Source of the DNA: Utricularia gibba
Lineage: Eukaryota > Plantae > Magnoliophyta
DNA: 64,000 bases
Direction: 5' to 3'
Assembly: GCA_002189035.1 (NCBI GenBank)
Contig: NEEC01000007.1
Location: forward strand, 1,364,001 to 1,428,000
Positions within the stretch are counted from its first letter, which is position 1, and each line of letters starts with the position of its first letter. Below, in pieces: positions 34,404 to 45,546 of this stretch. The translations under genes and the position numbers were made by a program. Under the pieces are notes generated by a model. That model did not search any database. It saw only the letters and a list, made by a program, of their open reading frames with translations, and was not told where the DNA came from.

Positions 34404-35361
34404 ATGAAAGGAGGAAGATCCAAGGCTGCGGAGTCGAAGAAATCGGATACGAAGTGCGTTTTACGTGTATTTGTGCGTGGATCTGTAGGTTTGTGGTTTT
34501 AGTTTTTTAATCTTTGTTTTGGATTTTCAGACTATCGGTCAAGAGAGGTGCGGCGGCGGCCGGAAAAAAGCCGGCGAAGAAGGCAAAGCCTGCTAAAGAT
34601 CCGAACAAGCCAAAGAGGCCTGCTAGTGCCTTTTTCGTTTTCATGTATGCGCCTGATTACGATTTCTCGAAATTTAGTTTTTCATTTTCATGATTTACCG
34701 TTTTACCGTCTCTGTTTTTTTTATCCTCAGGGAGGAGTTCAGAAAGCAGTACAAGGAGAAGCACCCGAACAACAAATCTGTTGCTGCCGTGAGTAGTCTT
34801 TGCAATTCTCCTCCATTAATAGATTGAGCGTCTCTGAGTTTCGCCTTTTCACATCCTTCATATTCAACAATTTCTTTCAGGTTGGAAAAGCTGGCGGCGA
34901 CAAATGGAAGTCATTGTCCGATGCCGTAAGCTCATTCATTGACCCACAAACCGATTCTCCCTTTAAGTGTCCATCTCCCATCAATTAAAACCTAATTCCT
35001 CCCGCGTGTTGTGTAATTTCAGGAGAAGGCGCCGTACATAGCTAAAGCTGAAAAAAGAAAGGCCGAGTACGAAAAGAATCTTCAAGCCTACAACAAAAAA
35101 CTCGTACGTTTCTCACTCACCAGTTTCCCGCACTTTCCACATCACAGAATTGCACTCCTAAGTTCCCTCTACAACAGAGTGACGGAGCTGCTGACGAGGA
35201 ATCTGATAAGTCCAAGTCCGAAGTCAACGATGAGGATGAGGAGGAAGAAGCCGATGACGGAGAGGTAAACCGAAACACTTACCCTACTAAGCGATAAATC
35301 CACGGAGTTGGAACTTGAAAGTATTGGCTTACAAATGCAGGATGATGACGACGAGGAGTAA
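34404..35361 (+). CDS. HMGB: HMGB chromatin protein (HMGB2/3-like), 7 exons
   Basis: Basic N-terminus, HMG box KDPNKPKRPASAFFVFMEEFRKQYKEKHPNNKSVAAVGKAGGDKWKSLSDAEKAPY, and acidic tail (EESDKSKSEVNDEDEEE). Confidence 0.97.
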
Positions 35362-35829
35362 GAAGTTCGTGTAAGATGTACAGAGGATCCCATCAAAATG
35401 CAACTGCGAATCTGTGTGGATGGGGGGCGTGGTACCGATTAGTATCTTTCATGTTTATGCAATGTTTCATTTTGGGGGAGGTAGTAGGAGTAATGCAGAC
35501 ATGGGGGATGGACCAGTAGAAACTAGGTCGGCCTCGATGGAGGATCGAATTATTGTATTAGGTTTTGCGTTTTTGGGTTGCTGCTGCTGCTACATGATCA
35601 TTTAGGGACAATGTGATCCGTGCGCATGCATCTTTTGTGCTTCAAGGTATTTTAACTTCGTAATAAAAATGTGTCCCTCATCGTTTGCAAACTCAGCATC
35701 TCAAATTTCTTTGTAAACTTTCCGACCCAAGGATCAACGCGACTAGCTATCCTTTCCAATGCCACGTTGCTCCACCGTTGAGTGGATGACGGCATGTGCC
35801 AAGGATGCATTTCCGATCGGTTCTCCAGA

Positions 35830-35842
35830 CTTGAAGCCTAAG
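35830..35842. promoter_or_regulatory. SOG1-type motif CTT(N)7AAG upstream of RAD17
   Basis: CTT-GAAGCCT-AAG, 150 nt before ATG 35992. Confidence 0.5.
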
Positions 35843-35991
35843 GCCTCGTTTGGTATAATGCCCATTTTGCAGACCCGTCATGTCATACGGCCTAGCCCAA
35901 AACGATCCCGCTCATTTTTGGAGAATTTGAGGTTTTTGTGAACTTTACATTTCCCCTTAGCTCGGCAGTGAGTTGCGATTTCTGACTTCCG

Positions 35992-38900
35992 ATGCGGAGA
36001 GGGAAAAGGGATTACGTCATCGTTACTTCGGACGAGGAAGATGCTAACGATGAAGAGCCTCGACTGGCACCTCGTCGCAGATCCTCAAAATCGGCGCCTC
36101 GGAAGAACACTAAAAGGGAGGGGGCTTCCTGCGTAGCCTCATTTTCTCATACGATTCCCGATTTCAGTAGCTTTGAAGAGGTGAATTGATGATGCGTTAC
36201 GTAAATCATTCTTCTTTTTTGTTAGTGTAACGGATTATTCTGGACTCTAGGGAGTGTAGTGACAATGCAGTGGGATGTTTCTTTGGAACATTAAGGAGGA
36301 GACTTTGATTTACTAGAAAACATTTGGATTGATATTTCTGTGGCGCATCCTTGAATGTAGGTTAAGCGTGCATGCGCTGAATTTGGTCATGACTTTGGAC
36401 GGATAAAGGTAATACCCGGTATGATATTCAGAAGATTTAATGCGTGGGTCATTTCATTTGTATCCTAGACCAAATATGCCAGAGCATTCTCCTGATTTTC
36501 TATCCTTCCATACCGGTTAGGTTCTACGAGTAACGAGAACTCATGGGTTGAAAAGCATAAACCTCGTTGCTTGCAGGAACTAGCTGTTCACAAGAAGAAG
36601 GTTTCTACTTCTCATCCTTATTTTTCTGCTCATACAGCTGTGGCATTTTCGAAGTTGCCATCTTTGGATTATTTATTACATGTCTCTGCTTGTTGGATTG
36701 CAGGTTGAACAAATTAGAGAGTGGTTTGAGGAGAAACTAAAAAATCCCCTGGTATGTGATAAAAACTTCTGTTATATGGCCATGCAGTTCTTACCGACGT
36801 CATCCACCTTATTGTGATTTTGAAAATGGTGGATTCTAATACCTGACATATGGCTTTTTCCGTCCTTAATTTTTTATGCCTTTTTATTCACAACGACATA
36901 TCCATTACAAGATTTACAGTTATTTCAATGGAGTTAAGAGGCTTTGGCGCGAGATCTTCTTTGTTGTTTAAAAACTCTGCCCCAGTTGTTGTCAAGAAGT
37001 CTAAATGTTGTTTGAATTATGTACAGGATAATTCGAACAAAAATGTAATAATCCTCTATGGCCAAGCAGGAGTTGGAAAATCTGTATGTTGTAAACGTCG
37101 ATTTTTTTTGTCTCAGTTGCCTTCATGGTCTATACTGTTGCATCTTATTACGGATAAACTACGTGCAGGCATGTGTTCATTCGATTGCAGGCCACCTTGG
37201 AGCAAAGGTTTATGAGTGGAGAACGCCTGTCCCTGTTGTATGGCAAGAGCATCTGCATAATATGAATTCAGGTATCGTTTTGAGTGATATTTTTGCTTGG
37301 GAATGTAATACAGAACATTGGCACTTTCATTGATTAAATTCTGAGGCTTTTTCTGCTTTTGAACATGTATTTGTTCTGTATTATTTCATCCTTTGTATTT
37401 CTGGCCTAGGGGTACAGTACATGTCAAAGCTGGATCATTTTGGAAGTTTTGTTGAACAGATAAGGAAATATGGATTATCTTTGTCATCAGCAAGAGACCC
37501 TTCACCACCCTATATACTCTTGATTGATGACCTTCCTGTAGTGAATGGAAAGGTTGCCTATGAGAGACTTCATAGGTGCCTGCATATTCTTTTGGAATCT
37601 GTTTGTATTCCAACAGCCATAATAATTGACAACTATGGCCAATGCGAATCCTCTGAACAGTACATTAGGCACTTGGACGAACTCCAGTTGTCACTTCAAA
37701 GTGCTGGAGCTTTTAAGGTATCGTTCTTGTATTGCCCTGAAATAGGTGTGTTGACTTACATCCATAATGACATTTTTCAATTTTTTCAGGTGACATTTAA
37801 TCCTATCACTATTACTTCTACAAAAAAAGTGCTTAAAAGAATTTGCAAACTGGAAAGAATAGATGTGGACGATGAAAATATTGATCTTATTGCAAATGCC
37901 AGTGGAGGAGATATCAGACAGGCAATCATCTCTCTACAATACTTTTCTCTTACATCACCTCCAATGCATTCCTTGAGTCTTCCACTGAATGTGAGTGGAG
38001 ACGAGAGCAGCCAATCACGTGGTAAGGGTTCTCTCTCGTTTGGAAAGGATGAAACCCTGTCTCTCTTCCATGCATTGGGTAAATTTCTCCATAACAAAAG
38101 GCAGACAGGAAGTTCAGTAATCTCAGGTATGGGAAGCAACTTTCTTCTGTGTAAACATTTTCTACTAATATAAACATTCAAAATTAGCATTATTTATCGG
38201 CTCAAATGGGTTAGATATTCTCGATGCAGAAAGAGACATGATTTTTCTAAAGGAGAAATTTCTTAGGTATCCTCTCAACATGGATACTCCAGAGTGGATA
38301 CTTTCACAGGCACATGGGCAGGCGAGGCTTGTTGTCGATTTTCTACATGAAAATGGTACTTTCTTCCTCTAATCTATGTTATTAATGGAGAAGGAAGTCT
38401 CCTATTCATGAAAATGATATCTTGACACGTGTTTTTAGTTTTTAAATTGAGGCCATTCAGGCTCAAGCTCATCCTTGTTTGACTTTTGTGCTTCACAGTA
38501 CTTGACTTCGTAAGCAACGAGGCAATTGAAGACGCATTGACTATCAATTCTTATTTAAGTGATAGCGACATGCTTCTTGCCTCAATGATTGGAAGTTCAA
38601 GAAGAAATTTCGATGGTGTCACTGAGCCTGCTGCTACATCAGTTGCAGCTCGAGGAGTCTTGTTTGGGAATTCTCATCCAGTATCTCCCGGGTATAGCCT
38701 CATATTCTAAACTTTGGTCCATCTTCTTGAAGTCACATTTCACAACACATTTCCGGAAATTGTAGATGGCATGCAATTCGTCGCCCTGCACTATGGCAGG
38801 TTGAAAGATCACTGTGGACCAACAAGGTTTGCCATATTTTCAGATAACACGCACAGTTTCTTCTTTTTTTTATGAGCCTTGTAGCCCTGCTTCTCTTTTC

Positions 38901-39126
38901 TTCTGTAGCAATCTTAGATTGACTCCCTCTATCCCAGTTGCATTTCCTGCAAAGTCAAAGGAGGTCACCCCACATGAGCATAAGTTCCAGCTTCTTCTCA
39001 GTCATGGTTACCGAATTTAAACCGGCACTCAAGTGGCTCGAACACAGACTTGATGAAGACCATTCAATGGAATCAGCGGATGGTGAAGATGCCATGGATG
39101 ACGATGATGACATAGAAGACTGGTAA
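35992..39126 (+). CDS. RAD17: Cell-cycle checkpoint clamp loader RAD17, multi-exon, intact
   Basis: Motifs WVEKHKPRCLQELAVHKKKV, Walker A GQAGVGKS, LLIDDLP, SGGDIRQAIISLQ, KDETLSLFHALGKFLHNKR, DFLHEN and VAARGVLFGNSHP, ending DDDDIEDW*. All junctions I checked are in phase. Confidence 0.96.
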
Positions 39127-39750
39127 TCCTTGACCGACTCCGCGAAATGTGAATAGGTACCATCCAGACACTCCGTACCATTTGGAATCCCATGTAGTAA
39201 AATCCACCATCTCATTTTGTAACTGTCACTCACGTTTTAACGTGTCTCTTTGTTATGAGTGTTCAACGTGCATGGGTATAAGCAGTGCTATGAAACCATT
39301 AGACAGAAAATGGTGGCAGTTTTAGTAACCGGCGACAACAAAAATGGAATGATCAAAAGTGGTATCTAGATGTGATAATTTTGGGAACTTTGTTATTTAT
39401 GCCTGGCTGGAGGACACCTTCTCCGTCAACTAACCGCTGGGAGCAGCACTCTGTACGGTTCCTTGGCGATTCGAGGATACCCCGCCTGGCGAACATGACT
39501 TTGGGAGGAGGAGAAGCAGAAGCAGGCGGATTGGAAGATTGGGAATTCGGATAGTGACGATGATTCTTGGGAAACCATTTAGGAAAAAGAATGTCGATTC
39601 TTGTCTTTTCTTGTGGCGGTCAGCATCCATATTCTTGCCCTTGTTATCGCGCAAGTATCGGAATCGTTGTTCTGAGAATTGTGTATGGCTATATAGGGGG
39701 CAAGGGTGGAATGATGTTCCAAATGTCTTGAGCTACTGGTTTCCTGAGCA

Positions 39751-41932
39751 ATGGCAGATCTGGAGTACTCCAAGGAGATCGAGAATGCGCGCAGAAGTCT
39801 TAGAACCTTAATTTCTTCCAAGAATTGTGCGCCTCTCATGCTTCGCTTAGCGTAAGTTTGTGCTCATTCTGACTTGGAAAAAAAAAGGAGATTTTTGCGT
39901 TTTCTAGTAACTTGCGCCTGATAGAACCGATGCAGATGGCATGATGCAGGAACTTATGACGCGAAAACGAACTCTGGAGGCCCAAACGGTTCAATTAGAA
40001 ATGAGGTTGAATTAAAGCATGCGGCAAATAATGGACTCAAGATTGCTGTTGATTTGTGTGGTTAGTTTTTTCATGATGACAATTTCTACTTGGCCTCGAG
40101 ATTCACAGACGGAGTTGATTTCCAACTGTTATCCATCCATCTGCTTTTTTAACAGAGGAAATTAAAGCTAAGCATCCCAAAATTTCTTATGCCGACCTTT
40201 ACCAGGTCTGAGTGTTCTTTCACTTTTTTCACCTACTTTTTGATGCTTCTGTAATTGGGTTGCCAATGATTCTTGAATCTTAAATAAAAGAGCTCTTTCA
40301 CTTGAGTTTTAAATGCTGCTGCTGCTGGGAGCGATATGTGTATTATGGTTGTGTAGACAATTAGATTGATTAATTGAGTTTCCAGCTTGCGGGGGTTGTT
40401 GCTGTTGAGGTAACAGGCGGTCCCACTATTGACTTTGTTCCTGGAAGAAAGGTAACTCGTCTAGTAGAAGTTCTTCTCACCTAAATGCATAATCTTTATT
40501 TTGTTTCTCTGTTACTTTCTCTTGAATTGCTGGGAGATTTTTAATATCTCTCCTTTTCCACCAGGATTCTCCACTCTCCCAGAAGAGGGACGCCTCCCTG
40601 AAGCTAGTAAAGGTTATAAATAAAAAAACGTGATAAAAAATGAAGTATAACTAATCCTGTAAAATATATTTTTCAGTTTCTTGCATGTATATCTCAGATT
40701 TCCAAAATTGTCTCTATCAGCAGAGGACCAATTTCAGGCTGTAGGCCGGAAACGAAAATCCCAAGTCTAATCAGCTATGGAACAATTAAGGAATTAAACG
40801 ATTTAGTTCTATCCACCACTTCCTAGTTAGACATCTGATTTTGTTTTTAGTCTTTGGGCAGTCAGTTCTTTAGTATGGTGAATGGAGTCTCTGATTTTTT
40901 TTTTCTATAATGTATAAAAAGAATGCAAAAACTCAGGTGTGATTATTGCTCTCTATGCCACAATTCCTCATTCTTTGTTGTGTGAGTTTCTCAGACGCTG
41001 CACACCTTAGGAGCATTTTCTATCGTATGGGTTTGTCCAATCAAGATATTGTGGCTCTATCTGGTGGCCACACATTGGTATTTGCTTTCATTAATGCTGT
41101 GTAATGTCTGGTGGAGTATAAGCTTATTAAGGAGCACTTGTTTTCCGCTGTAGGGAAGAGGGCATCGTGAAAGATCCGGATATGAAGGTCCTTGGACAAA
41201 TGACCCTCTGAAGTTTGATAATTCCTACTTTGTGTAAGATCTTTCTATTGTCTGTACTCATGTTTGAACTCCATTGGATGGAGTTAAGAATTGGCCCTGA
41301 TAATAACAGAGAGCTTCTCAAAGGAGATTCAGAAGGTCTCTTGAAGCTGCCTACTGATTTAGCTCTTGTGCAAGATCCAAAATTCCGGAAATATGTCATC
41401 TTATATGCCAAGGTTCAGCTTCTTTTTGTTTCTATTTCAATATTTAGTTCCTTTTTGCAAGAGCATTGAAGAAAGATACGTCATATCTTGAAATTGTCCT
41501 TATTACTCGTCGCTCACTTGGTTTCCTGCGGGTTCGGTTGGCCTCTTGCTACGAAATGCAAGAGAGCATGTACAGGCATCACTCTCATTTTCCTTATTAG
41601 ATGCACTGGATTTGGGCTGACTTTAGATTTCTAAAACCCTCACACATTAGTTTCTAGCACCATTCACCGCTTTCTACCATTTATCACTCATTGTGTGTGT
41701 AAGAATGTTGATGCTATAAAGCGTTGGTTATCAGGATAAAGAAGCATTCTTCAAGGACTATGCTACCTCACACAAAAGACTCTCGGAGCTGGGATTCACA
41801 ACACCTTCCAGCCCCCGAACAGCATCGAAGAAGATGATGAAGGTGTTTGTTGTGGCTGCCATCGTTGTGTCCCTCAGTTACCTGCTTGAAATGAACCGAA
41901 AGCAGGCCCAGTTCACACCTTCAACGTTGTGA
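39751..41932 (+). CDS. APX: Membrane-anchored (peroxisomal-type) ascorbate peroxidase, APX3/APX5-like, one apparent frameshift
   Basis: Motifs [66 protein letters not shown] and LPTDLAL, with a C-terminal TM ([15 protein letters not shown]). Confidence 0.95.
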
Positions 41933-42752
41933 AAATACAGACGATGGTTTGCTTTCAATAAAATGTTCTCTGGATTGGGAATATTCATTGCTCTCAAGGC
42001 ATGTCTTATGTCAAAAAGAACGTAGAATAAACCATTTGTAACATGGATGTATTTCCTGTGTGAGATGCAAAGCATGAATGAAATAAAACCAGGCGTGGGG
42101 AGGCCCTGGTTCTAAAGAGCCCCACCAAGCAAAAGGAAGTATGAGATGGGAAATCAGTGGAGAGTCAGTCAGATCAGTGTGATGCTCCTGTTGTATATGC
42201 TCACACTGATCTGCCTTCTGGGAATTTGATGGTTGATGATGATGAAAAAAGAAGCATTGCTTCATCGATTTTGAGCAGACAGAGGTTTCGACATTGGAAA
42301 TCAGTAGAATGAGTGTGCTTGGGGATGTGACTACAGTTTCTGCACAAGGAGCAGTATTTCTTCTTCAGGTCAAAATGACGACATAGACTTGGGTTATCTG
42401 GGTTGCTTCATTTAGTGGCCGTACAATGAATGCAGAGAGCTGAAGGAGAAATGCTTTTCATTACCTCATTGGCATCTGGAGGAATGTATAAGTGGTAAGG
42501 GCTTCCCAGCCTGTGTGGTGTGATCGCATTCACAAGTTCAAATCTCGGTTGCTGATGAACTCAGTCCTATCTGCCGGCGAAACGTACGGGAAAGGGAGAG
42601 AGCTTTTGCAATGATTTCATGAAATGCGAGGCAGTAATGTCGCCGGAGACTTCACCGGAAAAGATGAACACTCTGAGTTAACCCTAGATTTCCACATATT
42701 CAATTTACAGAAACTCTCTTGGGTGATTCTCCAACAATCAATTGCAAGTGGG

Positions 42753-42785
42753 TTTGCGGGAAAGAACAAGTTTTGGCCGCCAAAA
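42753..42785 (-). promoter_or_regulatory. Two adjacent E2F consensus sites
   Basis: On the minus strand, TTTCCCGC at 42763-42756 and TTTGGCGG at 42784-42777, both matching WTTSSCSS. A telo-box-like AACCCTAG lies near 42680. Confidence 0.55.
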
Positions 42786-42896
42786 GGCAAATATGTTTGA
42801 ATCCCCGAGAGAATAACGTTGGTTTCTTATTCAGACGGTTGGATCACAAGTCACTCGCAAGGAAAATCTTTTTTATCGAAGCGGTTGGGGTCGGCG

Positions 42897-44377
42897 TCAG
42901 GTCTGGGAGTCAAGCGCGAGAATGGTGCTGAGATTCATTGGGCTCATGTATTGTTCTGAGCCAGTCATGATTTGTTGAACAATGAATCGGCTCGCTCTCT
43001 CCGATGGATGAAACGCATCCCAGAAGGCGAACCTGTCTCTGTTGGCGCAAAGATTGGAGAATCGTGTGCACAGACCTATCCCATTATGTGGACCTTGTCC
43101 GCAGCACGCCACCGTTGCGGTAACAAATCCTGCAGAAGCCCAAAAAGTTTCAGTATGATCGATCGAAGGAATGCGCGAAATTGTGAGGAGACTCGAGGAA
43201 TCCGAACCGAATGCTCGAGGATTGCTGATTAAATCGTTGTTCATTTGGTGGGTGTTGGCGCCCACAAAGACGGTGCTTCCGATTTGGGAATTCATCTTCT
43301 GGAGCACTTTGATCAGCAGCGGATTGTAAAGGGCAGCGGCGCGTTGGAGCTCCAGCGAGCATTCTCCATTTCTCCCTCTTGTTGCCAGTTCCGCCGGAAC
43401 GCACCCGAGAGGCCCTGTTCCGGTTACAATCACTCTTCTTGCTCCAAGCTCGTAAAGTCTCTGCATTATTTGCAATGAGTTTTGGTTTACTTGCTTCATG
43501 ACCCAGAAATTTGAATCAAAGTTTTTGCTGTCAACTTACATAGAGAATCTTTTGATACTCGGAGACGAGATACTGGACGTAATCAGAGAGATCAAACTGT
43601 CGGGATCTGAAGGAGAATGGAACTAGATAGTAGTTGTTGACGAAGTCATTGCCACCTAAGGTGATGAGAAACAGAGCTTGGTTCACTAGTTTCTTTGTTT
43701 CCCTTGGTCCAATCATTGCAGTTACTCTTGCTTGGTACTGTTGAAAGTATGCTAATTGCTGCGAGATTCTTATTACATTTGCCTGCAGTAGGTAATGGGC
43801 AGTTGCTAGATGAGGATCCATAGCTAGAGCTATAACCAAAGTGATTGTTGTGGACAGCACACGTAGGCTGCCACATCTCTGATATTGTCTACACTTACAA
43901 ACTGGATGCCTGTGTCATTGAGGATTCCAACTCCAGCTGAGGCAAAGTTGGCACCAACCAGCAGTCTTAAGCCATACAGGGCTGGGTTCAAGTACGGCAA
44001 CGGTGATTCCCTTGCGCCCATGTACTCACCTGTAGTAAACATGAAACTCATCATTGATCATAAGCATTCCTGTCTGAATGAAGAATAGCTGGTAGGAAAG
44101 CAGTGGCCAAATATGGAGCTGCGTGTGAAAGGTAGAAAGTTATACTGATGATATCTGGAATGTTGAGGCCATTTGAGAAACGTCCTGTCGGTCGATGAGT
44201 CGGATAATCGATACCATAAGGCAGGGAATCAGCACGAGCGGTTGTGGCCAAGAAGTTGTTGTTGCCACTATCAACGAGCGAATCTCCGAAGATGAAAAAC
44301 GCTCTAGCATCCGCATATCCACTGAGTAGAAATGAAAAGAGCAGGAAGATCAATATAGAATTTGAGCTGATTGCCAT
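42897..44377 (-). CDS. GDSL esterase/lipase (LTL1/At5g33370-like), 5 exons
   Basis: Signal peptide, [43 protein letters not shown] and FWDAFHPSE (catalytic S/D/H present). Confidence 0.97.
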
Positions 44378-45546
44378 CTCACAACTCCAAGAAATGTTGA
44401 ACATCAGCAACTTTCTAGGGACACTGAATGAGCTCATATTCTGTGGTTTATATACGGGAAAAGAAAAAGGTTCATTTTCTGCTTGGATTTTAGGCTAAGA
44501 TTCGTTGTGGTTGGACTTTAATACAGAGTTATCAATGAATACAAAAAAGGACCACCACGATACTGCAGCAAACACAAAGGTTGGTATTTGAGATCTGCTC
44601 ATAGGATCACTAGGGGTGCAATAATGCATGAAATCATTCTCATATTAGCTACCAAAATCGTTGCTAATCTAACATGCGAGTGCAACAAAAACATGTACTG
44701 ATATACAATTTTTTTCTCTGTTATGCTCTGAGAGAGTCACTGATGGGTAAACTCAGTCACCTCTTGTGTTTCACTTCCCTGTTGTTCAGCTCTGAATCAA
44801 TGATGCTACTTTTGTCGTACACATTTCAGCTTGGAGATCTCCAGAGCTCGGCCCTCAAGTTCACCACTTATTGGTTAAGGTTGATGGACACAAGGCCCGC
44901 CATTTTGTAGATCTCGGTGTTCGTTGAAAGGAAATTATTGCTTCATTATTGTTGGGAGCTTTGGAGATTTTGGGGTGGGGGCTAGTGGCTTCCCCGAGGT
45001 AAATCCTTACTGTCGGGTGTTGATTATTTTACCGGCGTAATCTAGTAACTTAATGAACATTTATGATACACAAGTACTAACCACATGGATTACTACAGTT
45101 CCTACATTACCCCATAGCCTCCCGATTCACAATTAACAGAGCCTGTTTTACGTAGGAGTGAGCATGGTATATGGCAAACGTAACTAAATTTTGCGTTTCA
45201 GGTTTCGGTGTTCTTCTTCATGTATTTCTGGTTTCAATTTTGATGTTGGTATAAAACTTAGAGTTTCAGTTCTTCAGTATTCATTTTAAATATCTAAGGC
45301 ACACCCCCAGTTTTACTGTTTCTCAGAGTTTTACTAAGGAACATGGAAATCAAAGGAGAACTACATAATCCCATGAGTGGATGCTGATTTATCAAAAGGC
45401 ATAACTACATCCAATATCATGGTGAAGTATATCCAAGATGCTGAGACATTAGAGCAAGAAGCAAGGGAGATTAGTCAAGCTACTGTTACAGGGAGTAGAT
45501 AAAGACCTCTGGATGTGGTGAAGCATGGGGAGTCAGAATTGATGCT

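Noticed and set aside
39410-39575. GC-rich island between RAD17 and APX with an acidic frame (WEEEKQKQADWKIGNSDSDDDSWETI*)
   Set aside because: It has no start codon or convincing upstream exon and needs an assumed indel to extend; APX promoter DNA is the simpler explanation.
42480-42690. tRNA-like (GTTCAAATC) and C/D snoRNA-like (TGATGA...CTGA) signals
   Set aside because: The acceptor, anticodon and T stems do not pair, box C lacks the purine and the terminal stem is weak.
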